Of a stretch of DNA of 64,000 nt, positions 36,070 to 45,315 are shown piece after piece. The stretch lies in IMG/VR virus record IMGVR_UViG_3300021420_000001, positions 32,001 through 96,000 of that record. One strand, given 5' to 3'. The stretch is from a virus. Each line of letters opens with the position of its first letter. Within the stretch, counting starts at the first letter, position 1. The position numbers and the translations under genes are program-made. The notes beneath the pieces are model-generated. The model made no database searches. It was given only the letters and a program-made list of their open reading frames with translations, and had not been told where the DNA came from.

Positions 36070-37167
36070 TTATACGCCCAAGAGGCCTGCGACTGCGGCG
36101 GGAACCTTAATTATCGCGCCCCAGGTACCACCAGTGACCTTCTGACGATAGGACGAAATCTCACGAATGATAGGGTGCGCACGCATCTTTTCGTTGAAGG
36201 CGCAGTAGCCGGTCGTCTGACCTTCAAGTGCGGGTGCGAACAACTGGACGAAGTTGCCGGCTGCGATGCCTTGTGGGTTGGACGCAGTCGTGACCGCGTA
36301 CTGGATCGCCGTCTTGATCTCGATCTTCGGGAAGTTCTTCTTCAACAGGTCATGCACGTTGACGTTGAAGGTATTGGTCGCGGTCAAGGCGACTTCCGAC
36401 TGCGGGGACATCGCCAGGATCAACTTGTCCTCGGCAGAGACCAGACCGTTGGTCTGTTGGACCAGCTGAAAAAAGAGCGACTGAATGTCGGTGAAGACCT
36501 CGTTCGCTGTGGCCTGGACCACACCGCCAGAAATCCACTTCGTACCGCCGTACGCCTTGGAAGCCGGTGAGATGGAAGCCGGCAGCGCCGGATCATTCAG
36601 CAGGCCGTAATTCTGAAGTCCACCCACACCAAAGAAGTAGGTGAAGTTCAGGAACTTGCCCATGACGGTCGCAGCGGCCTGATCCTTCTCGGACACCCAG
36701 TTGAGCTTGGCGAGGCCCATACGTGCCAGTTCGAGTTCACCGTACTCCTTGACGCCCTGGAACAGATAGGCCTGACGGTTCGGAAAGTCGGTGTTGACGC
36801 CGATCTCACCGTTGCCGGAGTAGTCGCCATAGCTGGAGACTTCACCCGTATGCTCGACGACCGGGAAGATTCTGGTCTGGTCGAGCCAGGTGCCGGCTCT
36901 CCGTTCCCCGAAGATTTCCGCCGCCTTGTTGGGCGTAAAGAGAATACGCACGACTTCCGGATCGATGGAGGTCGTAAGCAGCGCCGGAATACCGGCATTG
37001 GGATCGGTCGTCAGCGTCGGCTGGGCGTCCATTGCGAGGCCCCAATTGTGGCGCCACTCATCCGGGAGATACTGCCGGACTTCTGCTCCAGGCTCGAACG
37101 AGATGCCTCGAGCCTCAAGGTGAGGACGGTCAGCCCGCCACTGCGTGATGGCTTCTTGCAAATTCAT
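36070..37167 (-). CDS. Major capsid protein (DUF2184-like)
   Basis: 365 aa; AMDAQP, GEVSSYGD, YFFGVGGLQNYGLLNDP, EKMRAH, GGTWGAII. Strong SD (AGGAG) and strongly biased codons. Confidence 0.92.
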   Translation of the reverse strand: MNLQEAITQWRADRPHLEARGISFEPGAEVRQYLPDEWRHNWGLAMDAQPTLTTDPNAGIPALLTTSIDPEVVRILFTPNKAAEIFGERRAGTWLDQTRIFPVVEHTGEVSSYGDYSGNGEIGVNTDFPNRQAYLFQGVKEYGELELARMGLAKLNWVSEKDQAAATVMGKFLNFTYFFGVGGLQNYGLLNDPALPASISPASKAYGGTKWISGGVVQATANEVFTDIQSLFFQLVQQTNGLVSAEDKLILAMSPQSEVALTATNTFNVNVHDLLKKNFPKIEIKTAIQYAVTTASNPQGIAAGNFVQLFAPALEGQTTGYCAFNEKMRAHPIIREISSYRQKVTGGTWGAIIKVPAAVAGLLGV

Positions 37168-37250
37168 TTTGATTTGCTCCTGTTAGTCGGCCATCGTCTC
37201 AGCGGTGGGCCGAGCATTGAGTTTGAGGGGAGTTTTAGCGATGGCTAAGG

Positions 37251-38342
37251 TTAGCCGAGATGCTCAGAGCTCATTTTCACAAGCTCACCGACGAGGCCGT
37301 TGCTCATGGCCTGCCACTTGGTTTCGATCGAACCCAGGAAGAGCATCGTCTGGACAGCAGCCTCAGTCTGGGAAGGATAGACGTAGTAGGTTCCCGTACC
37401 ACCCGTGCCGGTGCCGAGTGCAGTGATATACGTTCCCGCAGCCGCACCGGTGCCGCTAATCGTTGCCCCAACACCCAGCGTACCAGAGACCAGGGTTGCG
37501 GCCGTCAGCAACCCGGCCGATCCGTTGATCGTAGCGGACGTATACGTCTGCTCCGGGATGTTGAGGGTATAGATACCAACCTGACCCGTAGAGCCAGAAA
37601 GCTGGCCGGTGATAGTCGTGCCGGTCGCGATGGTCCCACCGCCCGTACCGGTCAGCGTGGTACCGGGGGTCAAAGTGCCAGAGGCCAGCGCCGTGACCGT
37701 CAGGATGTTGCCGGCGATCGAAGCCGTGATGGTCGAAAGTGCGGGGGCAATCGAGCCCGTGATGTTGGCGGACTGTATCGGGTTGCCGGAATTCGCGAAG
37801 TAGATGGAACCGTCCGCGAAGTTGGCGTAGGCCTTCTGACCAATCTGTGCCGTCGTCGTACCGCGGTTTTTAGCCCAGAAGTCGCCCCCGGTGGCCACGG
37901 TGATCGGAAAGCCTTGCGGGACCACAAGCGTGGCATCGGACAGGAACACCGTAATGAGCGCTTGCTGCTCGCGGTGGATGAAGCCTACCACCATCTGCGA
38001 GCTGGATCCCGGACCAGGGAACGTACCGCCACCCGCGATGAGCTGAGCACCAGTGAAGGACGTACTGACCTGAGTCGGCGTACCATCAGAATCGACAACT
38101 CCCGAGTACCAAGCGAAGCGGCCAACGGTTGCTCCATTGGGACCGGTCACAAGCCCGCCTGGGCCTACGTTGACGAAGTTACGGGTGCCGGAGTTGAAGG
38201 AGCAAAAATCACCTTCGACCCCAGGCGCAGGCTGCACATTGACCTGACCCTGGAAGCCCGTGATAAAGCAGTACCGGAAAAGTTCCGGGTCGCGAATTGC
38301 CGTCTGGCCCAAAAGCCAGTTCTTACGGATGTCTCCGTTCAT
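37251..38342 (-). CDS. Capsid cement/decoration protein with two inserted S/T/G-rich domains
   Basis: [47 protein letters not shown]...GELVKMS. Start ATG 38342 with AGAGGAG upstream. Confidence 0.82.
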   Translation of the reverse strand: MNGDIRKNWLLGQTAIRDPELFRYCFITGFQGQVNVQPAPGVEGDFCSFNSGTRNFVNVGPGGLVTGPNGATVGRFAWYSGVVDSDGTPTQVSTSFTGAQLIAGGGTFPGPGSSSQMVVGFIHREQQALITVFLSDATLVVPQGFPITVATGGDFWAKNRGTTTAQIGQKAYANFADGSIYFANSGNPIQSANITGSIAPALSTITASIAGNILTVTALASGTLTPGTTLTGTGGGTIATGTTITGQLSGSTGQVGIYTLNIPEQTYTSATINGSAGLLTAATLVSGTLGVGATISGTGAAAGTYITALGTGTGGTGTYYVYPSQTEAAVQTMLFLGSIETKWQAMSNGLVGELVKMSSEHLG

Positions 38343-38508
38343 GGGGAGAACTCCTCTGTTAGAGAGAATTTCGGGTTGCGGGAGCCCCACGACCTAGGAG
38401 ACGACCCTAGGACGGCCAGAGAGCGGCTGGATTGGGTGGGGAGGGGAAAAGGTAGGGGAAGGCCGAAGGACGCGCCAGCGGCCGTTTCTGCGGGTTCTAG
38501 CGGGATTC

Positions 38509-39669
38509 CTAGGCGAATCCGATCTTCGCGGCGTCCGGATACCGCTTATTGAAGTCCGAAACCGAGGACGAATCCATCCCCAGGCTATCATCCTGGGCCT
38601 GCTGGCGTTGCTTACCGGGCTGGGGAATACGCTCCAAGATGACTTTGAAGGCCGAAGGATGTACGCCCTTCGTATCCACGCCAAGCGCCGTCAGGGCCGT
38701 CTTGTAAACACCCTCGGCAGAGTCATGGGCCATGGCGAGGTCACCAACCCAGGGCCGCACGAAGCGTTCGGCATCGCGGGTTGCCTTGGTGGCTTCCCGC
38801 ATATCGGCGATCTTCTTGTCGGCGCTATCGTTCGCCACCTTGACGGCACGCGCGATAGCCGCGTGCACCTGATCTCCAGACATCTTGCCTCCTACTTCCG
38901 GCTTGCCTTTGAACGGCGGAGGCTCATCCTTCGCCTTCTTGTCCTTCGCCTTGGCGAACTTGGCCCCATCCTCCTCATCGACCTCGTCCTCACCTTCCTC
39001 GGCGGCCTTCTCGGAGCCGAGTTTGGACTTGGGGACGCCCTCAGGCTCGTTCTCCTGATCTTCGCCTTCCTCGGCCTTGGGGCCGAAACCGGCGGCGTCG
39101 ACGGCGCCCGCGATATCATCCTCGGACATGCCCTTACTGGACAGATAGCCCTTCAGCTTCTCGCCGGGATCCTCATCCATGGTCTCGTCTTCGTCCTCCT
39201 CCGACATCTCTGCCTTCATCGGCATGCCGGAATTGGGGTCAGTTTCGAGAGCATCAGCGTCACCATGCTCCAGGGACTCGACCTTCTCCAGGCCGTCCAG
39301 GAGTTCGACGAGACCATCAACGGAAGCGTCCTTGGCGAGCCTGCCCTTGGTCTGCTCCTTGATGCCGGCGACGATAGCACCCTTCTTGCTGGCAAAGTTC
39401 TTGTGCGTCACGCTACCGAGGATTTTACCCCAGTCAAGCGGTTTGGCATCCTTCGCCATCTTCGGCTTCAGCCAGGTCATCAGAGCCCCCTGAGCCGTAG
39501 CAGCCTTACGAGTCAAAATTCTCTTCGTGCTCATGTTGAGCTCCTTCTGGTTTAATTTACTATCGCCGACTACGGCGGATTTCAACAAAGATGCATCCAG
39601 CCCGAGAGCTTCAACAGCAGCCTCAGGCGTCTTATACTTTCTCTTCAATGCCTCAGTCAATTTTGACAT
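38509..39669 (-). CDS. Capsid scaffolding protein
   Basis: Highly charged, acidic centre; AERFVRPWVG, DSAEGVYKTAL, GVHPSAF; between protease and cement genes. Confidence 0.8.
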   Translation of the reverse strand: MSKLTEALKRKYKTPEAAVEALGLDASLLKSAVVGDSKLNQKELNMSTKRILTRKAATAQGALMTWLKPKMAKDAKPLDWGKILGSVTHKNFASKKGAIVAGIKEQTKGRLAKDASVDGLVELLDGLEKVESLEHGDADALETDPNSGMPMKAEMSEEDEDETMDEDPGEKLKGYLSSKGMSEDDIAGAVDAAGFGPKAEEGEDQENEPEGVPKSKLGSEKAAEEGEDEVDEEDGAKFAKAKDKKAKDEPPPFKGKPEVGGKMSGDQVHAAIARAVKVANDSADKKIADMREATKATRDAERFVRPWVGDLAMAHDSAEGVYKTALTALGVDTKGVHPSAFKVILERIPQPGKQRQQAQDDSLGMDSSSVSDFNKRYPDAAKIGFA

Positions 39670-39678
39670 TTGAAATCC

Positions 39679-42111
39679 TCAAACTCGGGCAACCTTCATC
39701 GAGTCATCCATGCCGAGCTTTCGGACGGCATCCTCGATTGCAGCCCAACGGAGTTCTTCCGGAACCTTATCACCAATCCTAACGTCAGTACCAGCGCGAC
39801 CCTCTTGGCAAACAGCAAGATGATTTGCGATGATGTCCACCATCTTCCCATCGTAAGGTACGCCCTTATACTCGCCCGGCTCCATTAGGGCCTTGTATCT
39901 GTAACCACAGCTCAGTTCGCGTTTCTCCCCCGACTTGATTGCGTCAATATCGTCCTGAGACCAAATGACCAATGAATTACGCAAATAAGGATCATCAAAC
40001 TCTGCATCTGTACCCGTAGCACCAATCACTTCATCTGGTTGATGATCATCCGCCGAAACTGGGATGTGCTCACGTAGAACCGGGATGCCGTTGAAGGTGG
40101 GGGCGGCTTTAGCGAGTTCGTCCGGGTCGCGCAGGAGTTGATACACCTTGTCAGGGTCCAATTTGAGCGTACCGTCCTCGTCCGGTATCTCTTTGCCCAA
40201 GTACGGGCAAACGTTGGCCTTACTAATATTCGCAACAGTTACATGCAATCGACCATCAGCATCGTACTCACGCACGGACTTATCGAGGGCAAGTACCAGC
40301 TTATCGTCAGAGGCCCGAATGCTTCTATCTAGCGCGGCCCACTTGGCTTCGTCCTGTACCACCTTAGTATCTTCAGCACCACTTTCCTTCAATACATCTA
40401 CGCCATCAATCTTTGCAGACCAAATCTTGTCGGCCCCATCTCCATCGAAATTTGACTTGAACGGGTTCTCGTCCTCCTCGACGACTACATTTCGAGAAGA
40501 CCCTTGCGCCCCCAACCGCCAGATAGAACGTAGAAACCCAGCCATGTTGAAATCGCCATCGTACTCGATCTCAACCTTATGCTCAGGTTCCTGCTTACTG
40601 TCCATCGTGACTTCAAGATCACCATGGTGGTGCGGAATAGGCTTGACGTCAGCATCCTTGGGTGGATTGCGTGGCGTCAGCTTCTCGATCCTGGACTCTT
40701 GACCACGGAACCAGGCGCAGAGCGCATCCCAATCAATGCCTTGTTCCTTACAATATTGTCGTTCGCTGGGCGTTCCAGCGGCATTGTGGGACTGAAGATA
40801 GATTTGCTTCTTTTCTTCGGTCTTGGGCTTACGTCCATGCTCTTCTTCGAACTTCTCAATGCGCGTTCGAATCTCGTCCAGTTCCGGTACTTCATGATGG
40901 ACTAGGTCTTCGACAACATCGACAATCTTGCCATTGATCTCTACAGTCTCCGGCAGGTTGCGATTGACGTACATGGTCTCGCCGTCTTTCGACATGCAAG
41001 AGACCCAAGGACCATCATGAGTGTGGTCAATCTTTACGGCGTAGGTATTCTTGGGCGTGAAAAGCTTGCACCAACCGTTCGGATCGATAGGGTCCTCAAC
41101 GAGTTGGCAGTGCGAAATACCACCTTCCTTGAAATCGTATTTGCAGATCGAGCAGTGAGACTCTGGCTTGCCGTTGCCGTAATCGACTTCTTGTTGAGAG
41201 AGCTTGGCGTCATAGGCTTCACAATCTTTGGCCTGCTTCGCCGCCTTTTTAGCTTCTCGATACGCAACGGCTTCAGCATTTTGGCGCTTAGTAAGATTGA
41301 ATTCCTGCAAATCGTAAGGATAAACAGCGATAACTTTTCCAGACGAATCAACAACCTCGTACTTTCCAGGGGAAAATTTAACAGTTGCGGCATCCTCCGC
41401 ATGCTCGTCTTCCTGTTCCTCCTCGGACAGGAACTTCATCAGCCCGTCTTTGAGTCCAGCCCAATCCTCAGGCGTCATATCTTCACCCGCCTCGGAACCA
41501 AGTTTGGTCTTAAGCGTCTTGGCTACAGCGGGATGAAGAGGTTGCGGCAACTGGTCCAAACTCGACCAGCAAAACCCACTATGCTCACCGTTCAGCTTAG
41601 GGACGAACTTGGCCGCTACAGGCTGAGCAAACGTATGGAACGCCATTCCTGTCGGAGTCGTAACCTTGTCCAGCAGCTTTTTCTCGCCGCTGGGCTTGCC
41701 GCCAATTTCCTCACGTGACTCGCGGTCAGCGGCTTGTTCTGGGGTCTCACCCTCCTCGGCATTACCACCAGGGAGCGCCCAATGGCCCGCGTAGTTCTCT
41801 TCCTGGGAACCACGACGGAGAAGTAGGACCTCGCCATCAGGTGCGACAAATAGTATACCAGCGGCAATACCACCCTCGTTAGATTCTTCGTCCTTACCCT
41901 GTGCAGCACGACGCTTTGCCTCAAGCCGCGTCTTCTTCTCCCACTCTTTCCATTTACGCTCGCCCTCAGTTTCTGGCAAGTCGTAACGCCCCTTCATCTG
42001 CTCGCGAGACTTAAGCGCCTCGCTCTCATCTTTACGATAGCCCTTGTAAGGTTGCTTCTCGCGCTTGGGGGCGTCTTCAGCGAGACTCTTGGGTACATAG
42101 CGTTCTACCAC
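39679..42111 (-). CDS. Multi-domain prohead protease: NUDIX + HiPIP-like Cys motif + further domains + C-terminal DUF2213-like protease
   Basis: Nudix box WALPGGNAEEGETPEQAADRESREEIG; CSIC...CQLVEDPIDPNGWCKLF; ISKANVCPYLGKEIP, ELSCGY, NHLAVCQEGRAG. Confidence 0.87.
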   Translation of the reverse strand: MVERYVPKSLAEDAPKREKQPYKGYRKDESEALKSREQMKGRYDLPETEGERKWKEWEKKTRLEAKRRAAQGKDEESNEGGIAAGILFVAPDGEVLLLRRGSQEENYAGHWALPGGNAEEGETPEQAADRESREEIGGKPSGEKKLLDKVTTPTGMAFHTFAQPVAAKFVPKLNGEHSGFCWSSLDQLPQPLHPAVAKTLKTKLGSEAGEDMTPEDWAGLKDGLMKFLSEEEQEDEHAEDAATVKFSPGKYEVVDSSGKVIAVYPYDLQEFNLTKRQNAEAVAYREAKKAAKQAKDCEAYDAKLSQQEVDYGNGKPESHCSICKYDFKEGGISHCQLVEDPIDPNGWCKLFTPKNTYAVKIDHTHDGPWVSCMSKDGETMYVNRNLPETVEINGKIVDVVEDLVHHEVPELDEIRTRIEKFEEEHGRKPKTEEKKQIYLQSHNAAGTPSERQYCKEQGIDWDALCAWFRGQESRIEKLTPRNPPKDADVKPIPHHHGDLEVTMDSKQEPEHKVEIEYDGDFNMAGFLRSIWRLGAQGSSRNVVVEEDENPFKSNFDGDGADKIWSAKIDGVDVLKESGAEDTKVVQDEAKWAALDRSIRASDDKLVLALDKSVREYDADGRLHVTVANISKANVCPYLGKEIPDEDGTLKLDPDKVYQLLRDPDELAKAAPTFNGIPVLREHIPVSADDHQPDEVIGATGTDAEFDDPYLRNSLVIWSQDDIDAIKSGEKRELSCGYRYKALMEPGEYKGVPYDGKMVDIIANHLAVCQEGRAGTDVRIGDKVPEELRWAAIEDAVRKLGMDDSMKVARV

Positions 42112-42128
42112 AAGAGCCTCCTTAGATG

Positions 42129-42214
42129 CTCCGCCCGCTGACTAGGGGCGACGTGAGAGTCAGCGGGCGGAGGCCCTCAGCCCCAAGGATCGAATGCTGG
42201 GGAGCATCCTTGGG
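42129..42214. other. Two tandem intergenic hairpins
   Basis: Perfect 15-bp inverted repeat 42129-42143/42158-42172 and 9-bp inverted repeat 42182-42190/42206-42214. Confidence 0.75.
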
Positions 42215-42225
42215 CGGAGATCGCT

Positions 42226-43035
42226 TTAGAACAGGATCTTGCCGAAGACTTCGTACTTGCGGCCAGAGGTCAGACTCCCGAAGACCGGAGCACCAGCGCC
42301 AAAGCCGGTGATACCTACGCCCTTGTCCGCGAAGACAACCTGAGCACCGACATCCAGAACACCGCCCGTGAGCTTGCCAGTCGTATCGACGATCTGGTTC
42401 ATGACGCCAGCGCCCACGAGCGCGGCAATACCAACGCCATTACTACTGGCGCCAGCAAATCCCGCATTGAAACCCCACTCTTCGATTCCGGCCATCAGGT
42501 AAGGATGGCCGTTAGGAAGAATGGTAATGCCCGGAATGGTGGGCGCCGTCGGCAGGGTCGGGAAACCCCCAAAACCAAGATTGCCGATCAGCGCCAGCGG
42601 GTTGAAGCCGTAGACCTTTACGACCTGGTCGGCACTCCATCGGGTAGCGAATGAAGCCGGAGCAACCGTACCATTTGCTCCAACCGCAGGGGCGGATGCC
42701 GTCACATTACTCCAGTAGCCATTGCCCTCGAAGGCGACCGCTTGCGCGCTTCCGGAAGCATTGACGCCCATGCTGCGCATATAGCCGAACGTAAGGCCCA
42801 GGCTTCCACCAAGGGCATTCGCATTCCCGGTGGCGAGCGAAGATGCAAGAAAAGTGCCAGAGGCGCTGTCCTGCTCGACGCCGCCCTTACTGGCAAAGCC
42901 CCAGTAAGGACCAGAGCCATTGTACGGGAATGCGAGAAGGTTGGATGCCGGCGCCTTCACTAGCATATCAGCCGCCTGAGCCGAGGTAGCGATTGCTGCC
43001 ACAGCCAGGATAGATACAAACAAAGATTTGTACAT
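42226..43035 (-). CDS. Outer-membrane beta-barrel protein (Omp25/RopB-like moron)
   Basis: Start MYKSLF at 43035; signal peptide ending AQA|ADMLVKAP; aromatic beta strands; C-terminal Phe. Confidence 0.8.
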   Translation of the reverse strand: MYKSLFVSILAVAAIATSAQAADMLVKAPASNLLAFPYNGSGPYWGFASKGGVEQDSASGTFLASSLATGNANALGGSLGLTFGYMRSMGVNASGSAQAVAFEGNGYWSNVTASAPAVGANGTVAPASFATRWSADQVVKVYGFNPLALIGNLGFGGFPTLPTAPTIPGITILPNGHPYLMAGIEEWGFNAGFAGASSNGVGIAALVGAGVMNQIVDTTGKLTGGVLDVGAQVVFADKGVGITGFGAGAPVFGSLTSGRKYEVFGKILF

Positions 43036-43277
43036 GTTACGATCCCCACTTTGTACAGAGCCTATTGAACAGGGACAGGCCCCTGTAGTCCCCCCTTCAT
43101 GACGACTTGGATTCTCTTTTCCCCGAATCCAAATTCGCCTCACTGAACAATCTTATTCGTGCAAGAGTAACTGTTTACAAACATCGCAGCATTGCTCTTC
43201 GGGGCATGTAGCTAGTGGCTTAATCGGCCAAGGGTTATTGCCATACCCGGAATAGGGTTGCTGACAAATTACGCAAA

Positions 43278-43616
43278 TCATTTTACCTTTACCTTGTCAA
43301 GTAACGCAATATGCTTTGCCCCCAACCGTGGAGACAACTGTCGATCCAGATACTTGGAAATGATAATGCCTGTCGCCTCAAATTTCTCGCGCAGATACTT
43401 ACTACGCCCATGAGAAGCCTGACTGGCGTAATGCTCACCACCCAACAGCGCATTCTCTTTTGCCAAATCTTCGGCGTCAGCGTCATCAAGCTTCTGAAGC
43501 TTCTCTTCCTCCAAATCAGATAGGAGGATTTGCACTTCAGGAATGACGACCTCTTTGGTCCTAATTTCCTGACCGTGATGCTCAACTTCTTCCACGCGAA
43601 ATACAAATTTCAACAT
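43278..43616 (-). CDS. Hypothetical protein
   Basis: 112 aa; abuts the upstream stop. Confidence 0.55.
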   Translation of the reverse strand: MLKFVFRVEEVEHHGQEIRTKEVVIPEVQILLSDLEEEKLQKLDDADAEDLAKENALLGGEHYASQASHGRSKYLREKFEATGIIISKYLDRQLSPRLGAKHIALLDKVKVK

Positions 43617-44003
43617 TTACGCAACCTTTCGGGTAACGAAGTCTCGATTGATCTGATCCTTGCCATGCACCTTGATCAACCGTTGCAGATAAGGATCACC
43701 ATCTGGTACACGGAAGACGTAGAACCCGCTGATGATTGGTTCGCCATCAGCAGAAATCTTCTCTCGTGCGAACGTATTATTGTTCATCTTGGCACGTGGG
43801 TTGGGCTTACCTTCCTGATCACGTAGATGATTGACCCAACGCGCCTGACAGGCCGACACGGAACGGCCTGGAATTACGTCGGCAATATCGCACCAGGGAA
43901 GGCATTTATGTACGAAAGCGCGCAAGAGCGCGTCTTCCTTGTCGGACCAACCCTGACAAGATCGGCCGGTGCCTGTATATCCGCGTCCGAAAGGAGAAGT
44001 CAT
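43617..44003 (-). CDS. Myb/SANT-like (GcrA-like) HTH protein
   Basis: WSDKEDALLR...WCDIADVIPGRSVSACQARW. Confidence 0.7.
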   Translation of the reverse strand: MTSPFGRGYTGTGRSCQGWSDKEDALLRAFVHKCLPWCDIADVIPGRSVSACQARWVNHLRDQEGKPNPRAKMNNNTFAREKISADGEPIISGFYVFRVPDGDPYLQRLIKVHGKDQINRDFVTRKVA

Positions 44004-44245
44004 TGCAAACCTTTTTCGGGTCTGAAAAGTTCTTCATGGTAGGAAACAAAAGGCTCGTCAATTTCCTTTACTTGAAACAGATGACCATCGAACCAATCCC
44101 AGATACCACTAATTGTGTAGACCTTACCGCATTCCGGCCAAGGGTATTCAGAAATTGGTGCGGCAATAGAGGCATCAGGGTGACGCTGATCGCAAACAAG
44201 ATCGCGTGTTCTGACGCAAACGACCTTTTGCCCAACATACCACAT
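44000..44245 (-). CDS. Small hypothetical protein (VGQKVVCV family)
   Basis: Similar to 8992..9234 (VGQKVVCV...Y...FRP). Confidence 0.65.
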   Translation of the reverse strand: MWYVGQKVVCVRTRDLVCDQRHPDASIAAPISEYPWPECGKVYTISGIWDWFDGHLFQVKEIDEPFVSYHEELFRPEKGLQ

Positions 44246-45312
44246 TACGAGAATCCTGCGACAACCGATCTACTTACGCAGCGGCAGTTTACCTCAGTGC
44301 CGGGGAAGATGTATTTTTTTACAGCTGGGTCCCACCATCCCTTAACAATATCATACGGCTTGCCATTTTGGCGCACATGAGTCGGTCTTGGATGTTTTCC
44401 AGCCCCAGAATGAACCCAGATCGCAGTCGTAATTCCAAGCTCCAATTGCCGCGCTCTGGTAATATTTGCAGTAATCTTGTTCGATTGATCCCGACTAATC
44501 AACTCAGCCCTTTTACGAGTGGTGTGAAATTGCCTCTGCAAATCAGTCGTCAGCTGGTGCAGGTCACGCCCCGTCTGCACGGATCGCATGACCATACCCT
44601 CGATCTGGGTAAAGTATTGGGATGGGATGCTTTTGATGAGGCTGACGTTCTCTTGGATCGATGCGGCCAAGATGTCACGCTGCGCCTTTGTCATCTGCAT
44701 CTCGACAGTCCAGCCCCCCTTCTTGAGGATTGACTGCAACTGTTTCGTAGAACGCTGATGGACCTTGAGTGAGAACCATTTGGCAAGATCAAGAGAGGCT
44801 TCGTTAAAGCCTTTCTGCCATCTACGAGAGAGTTTGCGGATTGCTCTACGTAGTTCGATAGCGGGTAGGGCGTCTTGCGCTAAAGTAGCATTAAGCCGAT
44901 CGCGCTCTTTCTCAGCTTCACGATAATTACTGCGAGTTGCTACAATCTTACGATCTTTCATTATCCGCCAGTAATGGGCAACCAACTCAATGTAATACTT
45001 TGACTGAGCATCCTGCGCTAAGGCCGTGACCTCGGGCTCGTTCGCCTTAAATGCCGCCTTGAGCCAATATACCACCGACTTTTGCATATCATCGATTAGG
45101 CACTCAAGCTTGCGACGATATTCGATCTCTAATGCAAAGCTTGGATGCACAGGACGTAAGACGCGGTCTTTTTTAGGCTTTGCGTCGATCGCGATACGAT
45201 GTTGCAGAGAACGGAGCTTTTGGTCTTGCGCCTGGATGATCTGCTGGGCTTGTTCCAGCTGCTTACGCAGAACTTGATTGTCAATTTTGGACTTAGCGGA
45301 AACGGGAAGCAT
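44245..45312 (-). CDS. Head morphogenesis protein (MuF/SPP1 gp7-like)
   Basis: ENVSLIKSIP, RAELISRDQSNK, WVHSG..PRPTH, PGTEVNCRC. Confidence 0.9.
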   Translation of the reverse strand: MLPVSAKSKIDNQVLRKQLEQAQQIIQAQDQKLRSLQHRIAIDAKPKKDRVLRPVHPSFALEIEYRRKLECLIDDMQKSVVYWLKAAFKANEPEVTALAQDAQSKYYIELVAHYWRIMKDRKIVATRSNYREAEKERDRLNATLAQDALPAIELRRAIRKLSRRWQKGFNEASLDLAKWFSLKVHQRSTKQLQSILKKGGWTVEMQMTKAQRDILAASIQENVSLIKSIPSQYFTQIEGMVMRSVQTGRDLHQLTTDLQRQFHTTRKRAELISRDQSNKITANITRARQLELGITTAIWVHSGAGKHPRPTHVRQNGKPYDIVKGWWDPAVKKYIFPGTEVNCRCVSRSVVAGFS

Positions 45313-45315
45313 ATA

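Noticed and set aside
37260-39555. Long + strand ORFs (430 aa, 315 aa) and similar ones at 35794, 21108, 17626 and 27088
   Set aside because: Antisense shadows of strongly codon-biased minus-strand genes; no recognisable motifs.
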